Source: Octopus sinensis (Eukaryota). Taken from it: a stretch of 64,000 nucleotides of DNA. A program made the position numbers and the translations under genes. Below are positions 1 through 12,535 of this stretch, piece by piece (within the stretch, counting starts at the first letter, position 1; each line of letters opens with the position of its first letter). The stretch covers positions 26,474,001-26,538,000 of the forward strand of contig NC_043016.1 of NCBI RefSeq assembly GCF_006345805.1, written 5' to 3'. Below the pieces are notes generated by a model. It had not been told where the DNA came from. It searched no databases and saw only the letters and a list, made by a program, of their open reading frames with translations.

Positions 1-640
1 ATATATTTTATGAAAATATAAATCATTTGCATCATTGCGACTTTCAACATGGAGTATTCAATCCATTAAAAAAGGAAAAAGGAAAGCAAGATATACACAC
101 ACATATGTGTGCGCATATATATATATATATATATATATAAATCATAACAGTTCCAAGACAATATAAACTATTTTCTGAAGTATGTAAATTCTCTTTCTCT
201 CTCTCTCTCTTTCTATGTCTATCTGTCTCTCTCTTTCTATGTCTATCTGTCTCTCTCTTTCTCTTACACACACACAGACACACAATTCAGAAAGCAGTTT
301 AGAAAGTATATTTCTAGACCAAAATCATTTTTCTCATCTCATAAAAGATAATGATAAAATTATAAAAAAAAAACAATTTTTTTTAATATATAAAAATATG
401 AACAATAAAAACAAAATAAACAAAAAATATATAAACTAATAATAGCAACAATAACAACAATAAAAGCTTTTGGAAGAAATAAATACCATCATGAGTATAT
501 CACAATGTAGTTTCATATTACAATGGCATGGTAAAGATAGATTGCATTCATGGTAGAATTTTACAATCCATAGCATCCAGAACATTTTAGTAGGTGGTAT
601 GTAATCAAAAGAGAAAAATAAAACAAAGAAGTTAACAATC

Positions 641-1147
641 TCAAGGTGATACTCGACCAGGAGTGATTGGTAAAGATATGTCTTGGTCTATCTTGATGAC
701 AAGTTCTTTCAATTCTTGTAGTTCTCTTTCAGTATGTTCATACTTGTGAGCGACCAAGCGCTTGTAGAAGTGAATTCCAAATATAATAAATAGAATCAAA
801 ACTGGAATGACAAGTGCTGTGGATGCCATAGCCGCGTTAACGCTAGGTTTATAGAACTTAACCCAAGACAATATTGCAATTTCAACAAGAAACAGCAAAG
901 TTCCCAGACCAGTGGAGAATCCCCAAGCCATTTCTATATACCATCGCATCTTTTCATGTGGGGATTCTTTCACAGCAGAGAAAGAATTCATGTTACTCAC
1001 AGCCTCGATATTAGGAAGTATGCATGTACTGATCATCAGAGCTATTAAGTGGACAGCAACAAGTAATGTTGTGCAGACACTAAACGCAACTAGAAGACAG
1101 TCTGGCAATGGTGATTTTTCTTCAAATTGTATTTCAACCATAGCAAC
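641..1147 (-). CDS. Orai: Orai CRAC channel subunit, coding exon 2 (VAMVE pore motif through TM2-TM4 and C-terminus to stop)
   Basis: Translation VAMVEIQ...AFSVCTTLLVAVHLIALMISTCILPNIEAVSN...KESPHEKM...YIEMAWGFSTGLGTLLFLVEIAILSWVKF...IPV...HFYKRLVAHK matches hallmark Orai motifs. It is preceded on the minus strand by the acceptor ttttttttaccgtAG (1149-1148). Confidence 0.97.
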   Translation of the reverse strand, partial: VAMVEIQFEEKSPLPDCLLVAFSVCTTLLVAVHLIALMISTCILPNIEAVSNMNSFSAVKESPHEKMRWYIEMAWGFSTGLGTLLFLVEIAILSWVKFYKPSVNAAMASTALVIPVLILFIIFGIHFYKRLVAHKYEHTERELQELKELVIKIDQDISLPITPGRVSP

Positions 1148-1294
1148 CTACGGTAAAAAAAAAAGAAAATATTAAAAAAATAAAGATGTATTAATACACA
1201 AGAAACACATCTTACAACTTAATTAAAATGAACATTTTGCACTTTAAAGACAAACAAATTGGATTTTCTTTTCTGAAAGATTTAGCATTTAAAG

Positions 1295-1551
1295 CAGTGG
1301 TTCTCAACCGTTTTTTGCCTAGGGACCCCATTGATTCCCATTTTACTCGACTGGACCCTAACAAACATTCGATGTTTAAAAAAAGTCCCATTGTATTTTG
1401 ATAATTAAATATTATTGGGAATTGTATAACAAAAATTATTAAAATATTTTGTTTATTGTACAAGTATAACCAATTTATTGCACATAGATTTTAACAGCAA
1501 AATCTTACACGAATACCCAAGGTCCGTGTGGACCCTGGTTGAGAACCAGTG
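1295..1551. mobile_element. hAT (Buster/Charlie-like) MITE
   Basis: TIR cagtggttctcaacc / ggttgagaaccagtg with a perfect 8-bp TSD ATTTAAAG (1287-1294 and 1552-1559). Confidence 0.9.
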
Positions 1552-1629
1552 ATTTAAAGACTACGAAAGACTACCTATTTTGCAAACTGGCTGGGACTAG
1601 TTTTGATGACATTAGTATTTGACAGCTGT

Positions 1630-2960
1630 AAAATTCATACTAGCTTCATTCCTTGTAAGCTTATGCATGTCCTCAGCAGTCACAGCTCATGTTTCACTGC
1701 CATGTAGCATGGCTGTTTGCACATATGTCATACAATCTACCTTTTACTCTGAGCTAGAGGCCCTTTGTCACCAGCAGAGGTAGGAGCTCTCTGAACTTTG
1801 CCCAGGCTATACTTATTCTAGCTACACTCTCAGAGCATCTACCCCCACTACTGACTTGGTCACCTATATAACAGAAGCTATTAACTACTTATAGTTTTTC
1901 CCCTTGGCATGTGACAGAAGCTCTTTTTCGGCTCATTTTCAGTGTTTATTGCTCCTGAGCATTTGCCACACACAAAAACTATCTTCCCAGTTAGCCTTCC
2001 TTTGATATTGCTGCACCTCTTATGTGTCCATTGCTTACACCGGGTATATCTTATGGAGTTTCTACCTATGCCTTTTCTACAGATCAAGCAGGGCCATCTA
2101 CCTGAAGGAATTGTGATTTGTCTGCTTTCCTACTTATTAAGACTTTGGTTTTTGCTAGATTAACTCTAAGGCCCTTTGATTCTAGACCTTGCTTCCACAC
2201 CTGAAATTTCTTCTCTAGTTCTGATAGTGACCCAGCTATCAGAGCAAAGTCATCAGCATAGAGAAGCTCCCAGGGGCAACCTGTCTTAAATTCTTCTGTT
2301 ATTGCCTGGAGGACTCAGAATAAAAGGGGGCTGAGGACTGATCATTGGTGGACCCCTACTCCTACCCGAAATTCTTCACTATACTAGTCGCCAACCCTCA
2401 TCTTACTGACAGATCCCTGTACATGGCTTCTATAGCTCTCACTAACCATTCATCTATCTCTAATTTCTTCACTGACCACCAGATAAGGATTGAAAGCCAG
2501 GTGCAGAGGCTTATCTTTGGCTAGGTATTTCTCCTGCAGCTGTCTCACCAGAAATAGAGCATCAGTGGTACTTTTCCTGGCACAAACTCAAACTGCATCT
2601 CGTCTAGACTGACTCTCTCCCAATTAGTTAGGCTATGACCCTCTCCGTGACCTTCATTACCTGATCCAACAACTTGATACCTCTGTAATTATTTGTATCT
2701 AATGCATCACCTTTACCTTTGTAGCAGTTGACTATGGTGCTGCTACACCAGTCACTGGATATGACTCCATGTATCACCTGATTGACTATATGGGTGACTA
2801 AACTATAGCTGACACCACCAGATATTTTAAGCATCTTTGCGGTGATTCCTGATGGGCCAGGGCTTTCCCTGTCTTCATACTCTTAATTGCTTTATCTACC
2901 AAGGTACTGTCAATTCGGATTGTTGGTCCCTCTGTTGGGTCAACATTCGGCATCATCATC
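1630..2960 (-). mobile_element. RTE-clade LINE, degenerate reverse-transcriptase region
   Basis: Minus-strand frames give KTGKALGPSGITAKML, NYRGIKLLDQVMKV, VGVHQ*SVLSPLLF, WELLYADDFALIA and WAKFRELLPLL, with stops and frameshifts. Confidence 0.88.
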
Positions 2961-2989
2961 CATGTGGATACATTTCATTTATATATATA

Positions 2990-3186
2990 TATATAAGGTC
3001 CTAGTAGGGTATAGAAATAGAGTATTTCCAGTGAAGCACTTAATCTCAGTACTGCGCTATTAACATGGTAGGATTCCAGACTAATACTAGAATACTTCAG
3101 GTGTAGAAAATTCTGCTTTCACAACTGTAAAACCATTATGTAGGTTAAACAAGAAGTAAAATATAATCCAAACATTATTTGGATTT

Positions 3187-3217
<31 letters not shown>

Positions 3218-3925
3218 AAAAATAGGATAAAATCTTTATAAGAATTTATCAAGTAGTTAGCGTGAAAAACCTCATACGGAAAAAATCCATCAATTATTCC
3301 TCTTAAATATATTTACATTAAGGGCATTACTATACATAAAAGCCTCATGCTAGAAGGGACTCAATCAAAACTACCATAATAAACAAACACAATGTACCAA
3401 ACACGAGAGAATGCAACTCTTGAAGCGAGCATTTTAAAACCAGATTCAGCTGCATATCATATGATTTCATAATTAGTGCACTGAATGCACTTTTTGAATC
3501 GTCAGTGCAAGCATAATCAAGACACATAAAAATGAACAAAAAAATCAACATACTAGATGAACACCAAATGTATCCAGCATAGTACATAGAATTGTTCACA
3601 CTTATATATCTGTGTAAAAGGCGGGCTTTTCGAATTGTATCTTGGTACACATGTTTATTCAGAATAAAATTCAGCACTGAATACATTCTGGTTAAATTTA
3701 CAATTGAAAACTAGGATAAAATCTTCATAAGAACTTATCGAGTAGTTAGCATGAAAAACCTCATAAGGAAAAAATCCATCAATTATTCCTCTCAAATATA
3801 TTTATTTATATTAAGGGCATTACTATACATAAATGCCTCACGCTAGGATGGACTCTTAAAGTCAAAACTACCATAATAGATAAACACATTGTACTGAACA
3901 CGAGGGAATGCAATTCTTATAAAGA
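2990..3925 (-). mobile_element. Penelope-like element fragment with ~210-bp direct repeats (pseudo-LTR-like)
   Basis: Direct repeats at ~3215-3422 and ~3703-3918 flank a segment with degenerate GIY-YIG-like text on the minus strand (YKCEQ, RFKK, GFKMLAS). (TA)n lies alongside. Confidence 0.55.
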
Positions 3926-3971
3926 AGGGAAGCAAGCTTCTTACCACACAGCTGCACTAGTGCCTATATTC

Positions 3972-4345
3972 TTTTATTTGTTTCAGTCACTTGACTGCAG
4001 CCATGCTGGAGCATCGCCTTTAGTCTAATAATTCAATAACTGTACTTGTAAGCCTAGTACTTATTCTATCAGTCTCTTTTGCTGAACCGCTAAGTTATGG
4101 GGGGGGCGTAAACACAGCAACATTGGTTGTCAAGCGATGGTGGGGGGACAAACACAGATACACAAACACACACACATATATATACGAAAGACTTCTTTCA
4201 GTTTCCATCTACCAAATCCACTCACAAGGCTTTCGTCAGCCCAAGGCTATAGTAGAAGACACTTGCCCAAGGTACCATGCCATGGGACTGAACCTGGAAC
4301 CATGTGGTTCGTAAGCAAGCTACTTACCACACAGCCACTCCTGTT
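3972..4345 (-). mobile_element. tRNA-derived SINE family B (CORE-like)
   Basis: Head tggctgtgtggtaag...ggttcagtccc (A/B-box-like), core gcaccttgggcaagtgtcttc, a central (TA)/(CA) tract and a tail ...gcatggccgcagtcaaatgactgaaac. More than 20 copies or fragments occur in the window. Confidence 0.85.
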
Positions 4346-4871
4346 ATATTTGGGGATGGTCATTTTTTTTGTCAATTAACCACATGCACAATTTACTTGG
4401 TCTTCACTTTAGCTTTATTATTATTCTTATTTTAGTATCATATAAAAAAAAATAATAATCATAGCAATTTAGAACAATATAAACCATAGACATCATTTGG
4501 GAACAAGTATGAATTGGTAGTATGTCCCATACTTTTGCTAATTGTTTGTTTATATTAATTGTGTTTGTTTATACTAATCGTCAGGAGTATAGACAAACAC
4601 ATTCTTGGCCCTCCCATCTATTGACACAGTGAAATATCATGGGTGTGGCAGCTGGAGGAAGAGATGGTTCCATCAACACTTGGGTGGAACTTATTTGCAG
4701 CTGGGTAGCAATGTGAAATGAAGCAACTGGTTCCAGGATACAACACATGAATTAATCCCTGATCCTATCATCCTGAGCTAAATACTATCAACACTAGGCC
4801 ACACATACAACCAACATATTTAATACCTTCCATATCATAACTAAAGTGTTAAACCTTAGACAAGAAAACAA

Positions 4872-5215
4872 AAGTGGCTGTGTGGTAAGTAGCTTGCTTA
4901 CCAACCACATAATTCCAGGTTCAGTCCCACTGCGTGGCACCTTGGGCAAGCGTCTCCTACTATAGTCTTGGGTCGACCAAAGCCTTGTGAGTGGATTTGG
5001 TAGACAGAAACTGAAAGAAGCCCATCGTATATATGTATATTTATATGTGTGTCTATATGCTTGACAACCAATGCTGGTGTGTTTACATCCCCTGTAACTT
5101 AGCGGTTCAGCAAAAGGGACAGATAGAATAAGTATTGGGGTTGATTTGTTGATTTGCTTGACTAAAGGCGGTGCTCCAGCATAGCCGCAGTCAAATGACT
5201 GAAATAAGTAAAAGA
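4872..5215 (+). mobile_element. SINE family B, near full length
   Basis: Same head, core and tail as 3972-4345, in the opposite orientation. Confidence 0.85.
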
Positions 5216-6399
5216 ATGCTATGTATATCATCATATCTAACACTATTAGTATTATAATAACTAAAATATTAAGCATTAGGCAAGATAGACAACTCTAGTA
5301 TATATATAGATCAAGATACAGCTTCTACAGTATTATGAGACAGAAGACAACAGAAGAGATAAGAGGTAAACTTCTATGAGGAGAGAATATCTAATGAAGA
5401 ATATGGCGCTGTGGTACCTATGTGTATTGTGTTAATGTAGAATATAGTGCAGAAAGAAAGAGAGATAAACCACTACAAGGATAAGACACTAGTCTGTCAC
5501 AAATAACATTACCAAATGATTTTATTGTATCTAGGAAGCCTATAGTAATGAAGAGTAAAGTGTTGTGTACAAAAACACTAAAGGAAGTATGGGACACCAG
5601 TCTATCACAAGTAACATTATCAGATGATCTGGTTGTACCTAGGTGGACTGTAGTAATCTATATCTATAAAAGGTAGGATGTGTGTGTGTATGTGAATGTA
5701 CTTTATGCACATCCACAAATTAGCATGCATGTCACTGCAATTTTAGGAGGACATTGGTCACAACCATGGCTGTGCTTTTGTCAACTTATTTTTCCCGAGG
5801 CACCACCGGATAGTAGTAAAAATAACTTTTCAACCATAACTTTTACCAATTTTCATGTCGGTGACTTCCGTAAGTTTACTAACATGAGTCAAGTCCACTG
5901 TCTTATAGATTAATTCACCCTACTACAAAGCCTCTGAAAAAATTAGATTTGGACTACCTAAGCAATCTCAGTGTAGGAAAAGAGAGAGAGCTGAAGAGAC
6001 TATCAGCAGAACCATTAGTAAAATATTATAACTTTTTGGGCCGAAACCTGGCAATAAGAACTTGCGGATATTCCACTACAAAACATTCAATATTATCGAA
6101 GCAGTATTTTCATAAATCAGGGTGTAATTTTTTAAGACACTTTCTGAACCCAGTCAACAATGGGTATTTCTGCTAGTGTAGAATATAGTGTTGGGTACAG
6201 AAACACAAAGTGAAGGATGAGAAGTAAACTTGCACCAGGATAAGATATCAGACTATCACAGGTAATACCAGGTTTATCTATCATCCTGGGGCTGTAAGTA
6301 TTGAGAGCCATATCATGCTGCATCACTCCTCCCCCAATATCTTAGGATCTATGCCATGACCTGCATTAAGGCATGGTCATCATATTCAAGTTCTCAATC

Positions 6400-6570
6400 A
6401 AGAGGAGGACCTGAAGAGAAAGAAATATGCATGTTCCAGAAAGACATTAATCAGTCTTATAGGGTCCTCACCTCCCAAGAGTGACTGCCCAAGAATTGTG
6501 GCCTCCATAGCTCTCTGGATTTGAACCTCTTGGACTGCCATGTCAGGAGAGCTGGCCAGCAACCTCACAG
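6400..6570 (+). mobile_element. Tc1/mariner-type transposase DDE fragment
   Basis: Degenerate FQKD...WPP*-SPDLNPLD-like text (tgtggcctccatagctctctggatttgaacctcttggac). Confidence 0.5.
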
Positions 6571-7674
6571 TTGCTATCCAGTTGCTTTTGTTGCCACACC
6601 AAACCTGTCATTAGCACTGACAGCAGTTTGTTGATTGGTTGTTTTTTTTTTATATGTATATTACTAGTCAAATATGTGCCATCTTTTTCTTTTAGAGTAT
6701 GATTCTTTTAAAAAAATTTTTACTTAGTGTTTTTGTTTTTCTTTGTGCTTAGTTTTGCTTTTGGTTGCTGCATGCACCTAGTACATTTCAGTGCTAACAT
6801 ACCGGATACATACATTTAAAATAAAAACCAGTGCAACAATAATAAACAAGTTTAGTCTGCATTATTGCATACAGCTGTGAAATAATTCAACCATAAAACC
6901 ACAGCAAAAGTTACTGTGCAAAACAACAGAATTTCAAAATACCACCGACTATGCAAATAAACAATTTAGATATTTGAGGAGGGAAGTAGGTGGTTGTACT
7001 GCAACATAGGAGGAAAGAGTCTGGTGTCACATGTGGGTAATCCATCATAATCAACAAGCAGTCTCACATTCCTGATTATGCAATTCATTTCAAGTTAACA
7101 TCAGGTTAACTAGTAATATGGTTGTTGCCGTTTAGCTCCATGTGAATGCTGGTCAAGCAGACTAATGATCAAAGGGAATTTCAACTGTGACCAGCTGATC
7201 TTTTAAGGGGTTTCTATGACTACAATATCTCATGTATCCTCACCCCACCACCTTCTTTTTTTGTAAGCTAGCAGGATATGATTTGAGAGAGACTTAGCTG
7301 CTATTTCTAGTGAACTGTATAACCACATAAGCTCATATATAACAAAGAAGGGTAGAGCTGGTGTGGAAGTAAAGATGTTAGAATGTAAAGAAGAATAGAT
7401 ACAAACATAGTATCTGCAAATTATGGAAATTATTTAAACAATGTAAGTAGACTATGTGATGATATAAATGTAGCAAAGATATTTATTCTGTCATAACTAA
7501 CTAATGTCTAGATTTTGCAGAAAGCTGTGATGTTAGTAAGAAGTTTATGGAGAGATGTTTATGGCATAGAGAAACAACATGGAGTGTGCTTTACAAAGAA
7601 AACTTTTAAGAGAAGTGTGTGTATATATGTGTGCATATATACATAAATATATTACAAATATACATAAATACATG

Positions 7675-7960
7675 TATGGCTGTGTTATTAAGAAGCCTGC
7701 TTCCCAACTATTTGGTTCCATGTGCAGACCCACCGTGTGACACCTTGAGCAAGTGTCTTCACCTATAGCTGCAGGCTGGTCAAAGCCTTGTGAGTTTGAA
7801 TTGATAAACAGAAAGAAGCACATCATGTGTGTGTATGTATACATGAGACTGTGTCTCCTAGTCTTGATATCACATAATTGCTGGAAATGATTGTTACTGT
7901 TGTACATTGTCCTTAATTTCTAGATTTCCATGGAAACATGCCTGGTCATAGGAAATATTA
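7675..7960 (+). mobile_element. SINE family B, diverged
   Basis: Head tggctgtgttattaagaag, core accttgagcaagtgtcttc. Confidence 0.7.
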
Positions 7961-8554
7961 CCTTTCTTCAAAACAGGAGAGGGTTGGTGACAGGAAGGGC
8001 ATCCAGCAGTTAAAGAACTGTCTCAGAAAATTTTGCCTCATGCAAACTTGGAAAAGTGGACGTTAATATGACAACGATGATGGTGATGATGATGATGATA
8101 TGTAACAATCAAAAGCCTATGGAAAATTGCTCTTGGCAGAGAAAGACAATACAAAATGTACTTTTGAAAGGAAACTTTTAAAAGGCAGTTGGCAAGAACT
8201 GGATACTGAATGATAAAATCTGGGGACCAAGGAAACTATTTTGGTCTGCAGTATTGAAAACAATTAATCCAAAAAGTGAATACATTGAAGAATTCAAGAA
8301 GTTGAATTGTGGCAATGTAAATTGATCTATGAAGTCTTTCCTTGCTAGCATTGAACTGGAATGGTAATATATGACTTGTAGGTGATGCATGAATATCAGA
8401 GGATTTGGGAAAGCTATTTGAGGTTTAGAGTAAACAACCAATGCCTTTCTCATCTATGGTTAAAACTGACAGACTGCAAAGTTATTGCACCTTCTACCTA
8501 TTGCTGGGTGATATATCAGATAACATACCTATACCACCCAATCTTATAATGTTT

Positions 8555-9033
8555 TGACTGCGAAGACCCGACAAATGAAGTGAGTTCATGGCTTGCAGGA
8601 TGGCCTGCTGTGCTAACCTTGGATTGTAGAGTGACCCGCTGTGCTTGAGGAGACCTATTGAGTCAAGTACACCAACGTCAAAATAAGAGTCAGATGGAAA
8701 TTGTAGTTGTGATACCCATGCCGGTGGCAAGTAAAAAGCACCATCCGAACATGGCTGATGCCAGCGCCACCTGACTGACGTCCGTGTCAGTAACACATAA
8801 AAAGCACCAATTGATCGTGGCTCTTTGCCAGCCTCCTCTGGCCCCTGTGCCAGTGGCACGTAAAAAGCACCCACTACACTCACAGAGTGGTTGGTGTTAA
8901 GAAGGGTATCCAGCTGTAGAAACACTGCCAGATCAGACTGGAGCCTGGTGCAGCCTCCTGGCTTCCCAGACCCCTGTTGAACCGTCCAACCCATGCTAGA
9001 ATGAAAAACAGATGTTAAACGATGATGATGATG
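8555..9033 (+). mobile_element. RTE 3' UTR/tail (5'-truncated), ending in (GAT)n
   Basis: Repeated ggtggcacgtaaaaagcacc motifs, aagggtatccagctgtagaaac and ccatgctag...gttaaacgatgatgatg. The same sequence follows the RTE ORF stop at ~16580. Confidence 0.8.
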
Positions 9034-9466
9034 TGTGACAATGAGCTAATGCCACTAAATGTACTTCTAATCACCTTAGACCTTAGATTACCTATCAAAT
9101 TCAGACTACTCCTGTTTCATTAAAATGATTTAAATTAAAAACTTCCATTAAAATTTTCATGTTAATTTGTTCCAAACACCAGCTTGATAATGACAAAGTT
9201 ACTTTACCAAATTCTTCATTATTTTCAAAATTAAATGAAACAAAAGTAGTGTATTTCAACAAAATTACCTGCTTCTATAGGTGCGGGCATGGATGTGTGG
9301 TTAAGAAGCATAATTTGTTTCAGATTCAATTCTACTGTACAGTATCTTGAGCAAATACCTTCTATTATAACCCCAGGACTATCAATGCCTTGCGAGTGAA
9401 TTTGGTAGGCAGAAACTATGTGGAAGCCCATCATATACATGTGTGTGTGTATATTTGTGTTTGAAT

Positions 9467-9697
9467 GGCAGCGAGCTGGCAGAACCGTTAGCACGCCGGG
9501 TGAAATGCGTAGCCGTATTTCGTCCGCCGCTACGTTTTGAGTTCAAATTCCGCCAAGGTCGACTTTACCTTTCATCCTTTCGGGGTCGATAAATTAAGTA
9601 CCAGTTTCGCACTGGGGCTGATGTAAATGACTTAATCCCTTTGTCTATCCTTGTTTATCCCCTCTATGTTTAGCCCCTTGTGGGTAGTAAAGAAATA
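9467..9697 (+). mobile_element. tRNA-derived SINE family A (Meta-domain-like) inserted in a family B SINE (~9280-9925)
   Basis: Head gcgagctggcagaaccgttagc, B box gagttcaaattcc, central gtcgactttacctttcatcctttcggggtcgataaattaagtaccag. The family B halves resume on both sides. Confidence 0.85.
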
Positions 9698-10258
9698 TAT
9701 ATTTGTGCTTGAACCCCTATCCCCATACCACTTGACAACTGTGTTGGTTTGTTTATGTCCCCATAACTTAGCAGTTTGGCAAAGAGACTGATAGAATAAA
9801 TATCAGACTTTAAAGAAATAACCAAAACACATGAGTACTGAGGGTGATATGTTCAACCAAAATTCTTCAAGTTGGTGCCCCAGCATGGCTGCAGTCTAAT
9901 GAGTGAAACAGGTAAAAGAACTATATGACAATGAACAAATATACAATCATACATGCACACAATCTGCACAACAGAACAATATTTTTAACAACAACTAGAT
10001 TTTTGGGAATCTTTCTGAGGAACATTTTTCTAGATTTTAAATGCTAACTGCTCAACCGCTACTTCTACTGTATAATACATTCCTGTCCGACCCATGCCAG
10101 CAAGGAAAAGCAGAAACAAAAATAATGATGTTGAATGCAGTAACGGCATGTGGCTTAGTAGTTAGGGTATTCAGATTCTGATCGTATTGTCGTGAGTTCG
10201 ATTCCCAATGGCAGGTTGTGTTTTTGAGCAAGACACTTTATTTCATGTTACTCCAGTC

Positions 10259-10447
10259 CAGTACTCTGCAACCAGTATGCCATGGCACACTGGTGTTCCA
10301 CAAGACGATGCTAGGTGTGCCACAATGTAACCCGAATATAATTTTTTTCTCTCTAAACTTTTAATTATATTTTTAGTTCAGGTGTGCTACCGATTTTTGA
10401 AACGAATATTAGTGTGCTGCAAGTGAAAAAAAGGTTGCGGAGTACTG
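10259..10447. mobile_element. hAT MITE nested in SINE C
   Basis: TIR cagtactctgcaacc / ggttgcggagtactg. The 8-bp flanks ctccagtc / atctagtc match at 6 of 8 positions. Confidence 0.8.
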
Positions 10448-10549
10448 ATCTAGTCCTCTCAGCTGATGAAAATGAATAGTACCTGTATTTCAAAGGGCCA
10501 GCCTTGTTGCATTCTGTGCCATGCCAAATCTCCCTCAGGACTATCTTAA

Positions 10550-11047
10550 CCCCTTGACAACGGTTGACGCAAATATGTGATCACACTCTTGCTTGCCTAC
10601 CTGCAGTTAACGTAAATATTTGATGTAGAGCTGCCCAATATCTATCACAGACTTTTTAGCGGTTGACGTATGTTTACGCTCGCTATTGTGTACTTTATCA
10701 CTTGAGGTGCACTCGCTCGCTGTCCTGTGCATTATCTTAGCTATTTTAGGTTATGTTCAAGTAGACCAATGACATGTGGATACTTTACATGCATAATACC
10801 GTGTTTTGAGTTGTGCCATACGCAAGCTATTTTTTTAACTTGAGCAGAATAACTCGTGTATATCATATTATGATAGATAGCCTCACATAGTTCATTTTCA
10901 TAAACGGCTAGACGTAAATGTACAATGCTATGTTATTGTAATGGTGAACGTAAATAGATACGGGCTCATTGGCACTTGTATGGCTTCATTAGATAGAAAA
11001 ACCGGAGCAGTGTCTTGCATGCTTCAGGTAATACTAGCATCAAGGGA
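10550..11047. mobile_element. TTAA-flanked (piggyBac-like) non-autonomous element nested in SINE C
   Basis: TTAA-ccccttga ... tcaaggga-TTAA. The SINE sequence rejoins across the TTAA. Confidence 0.7.
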
Positions 11048-11734
11048 TTAAAGGTATGCCTGTTTGTGGAGTACTTTGGCTATTTGCACGTTAATTTCAT
11101 AAGCAGGCTGTTATGTTGATTGGCTCAACTGGAACCATCGTTGTCATAACTGACGGAGTGCCAGATGCATTCCTGTATGCTAGCTTTTGGTAAAAAGGTA
11201 CACTCTGTCCTTGTGTGTTCTAAGAGGTGACTGAAAAGGTTGAAGCCAGGAAGAGCACCCAACACAGTAAAATAATACTGCCTCAAATAAGTCCTGTCCA
11301 GCCCATGACAGCAAGGAAAAGCAGACACAAAAATGGTGATGTTGAATGCAGTTAAATTCCCCATGTTCACTTAAGCATTTCACTACTATAGCTATTACTG
11401 AAATAGTTACTATTTTTCCTCCTCTTCCACACATACACACACACCCTACTACTACTGCTACTACCAGTATGAACATTGGTATCACAGCTGATACCATCAG
11501 CATAGCAACCAAGAGTAAACAACCATTTTTACTTTAAGAGATATTTACTGCAACTGTTTTAGTCTGTGAAAAGATGTGTTGCCCAGAATGTAAGGAATTA
11601 AAAAATTATACATTCTTTTTGCATTGTAAGATGCTTTCCATTAATTCAATCTTTCTTGAATCTCAATGCTTCAAGCAAACTACTACACTCTTCTATTTCA
11701 GTAGTAACTTAACAAACATTTCATCACTATCAAC

Positions 11735-12355
11735 ATGGGTACTGGCATAAGAAGAAGTTTACTTCCCAACCACATGGTTCCAGGTTCAGTCCCCACCACT
11801 GCCTTACAACTGGTGTTGGTGAGTTTATGTTCCTGTAACTTAGCGGTTCATCAGAAGAATGGATAGAATAAGTACCAGGCTTAAAAAAAAAGTCCTAGGG
11901 TTCATTTATTTGACTAAAAATTCTTCACGGCAGAGCCCAAGCATGGTTACAGTCAAATGAGTAAAAGATAAAAGGTGGGCACAGGCATGGTTCTGTAGTT
12001 AACAGATTGCTTTGAAACCATATGGTTCCAGGTTCAGTCCCACTGCCTGACATTTTGGACAAGAACCTTGTATGCCATGTGAATAAACTTAGCAGATGGA
12101 AACTGTGTGGAAGCTCATCATGCATGCATGTCTGCGTGTGTTTGTTTTTGCATGTGTGTTTCCTCCCACATACACAGCTTGACAACTACTGTTGGTTTGT
12201 TTACATCCCTCAAACTTAATGGTTTAACAAAATAGACTAACAATAAATACCAAGTGTAAAATGAAAAATAAATACAGGGGGTCAACTTGTTCAGCTAAAC
12301 CCTTCAAGGTGGTGCTCCAGCCTGGCCAAGGTCCAGTGAATGAAACAAGTACAAG
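11735..12355 (+). mobile_element. Two tandem SINE family B copies
   Basis: Heads at ~11740 and ~11985 with family B tails. Confidence 0.75.
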
Positions 12356-12535
12356 GTGAATGGAATAACTAGATAAGGAAGGAAATTGGCTAGTGCTAAA
12401 TTGGAAACACTGCGGATAATGTACAATGTTAGAATAATTTTTTTTGTTCTTAATATTAATCATCTTATGAAAAACTGTTGTAGAAAAATTTTGCAAGACA
12501 AGTCTTGCACTGAAATTCAGGTTATTCCACATTAA

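Larger units (their letters stand above)
10148..11165 (+). mobile_element. tRNA-derived SINE family C interrupted by two nested DNA-transposon MITEs
   Basis: Head ggcatgtggcttagtagttaggg, B box gagttcgattccc, ttgagcaagacact. The body resumes at 10456 and again at 11052. Confidence 0.75.

Noticed and set aside
3000-3130. Hammerhead in the tail of the first Penelope-like fragment (ctgaagt...gaaat on minus strand)
   Set aside because: Stems I and III cannot be formed and no UH cleavage site is correctly placed.
3345-3686. 113-aa hydrophobic ORF as a nested intronic gene
   Set aside because: It lies within the Penelope-like fragment and runs into its direct repeat. No splice or homology support.
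8494-8994. 166-aa ORF, and similar ORFs at 4794-5276, 35060-35398 and 36263-36601
   Set aside because: These are antisense or off-frame translations of RTE UTR and SINE sequence that recur across the window.
9467-9545. tRNA genes at SINE heads
   Set aside because: A/B-box-like heads run directly into SINE bodies and tails. No complete cloverleaf or terminator was seen.
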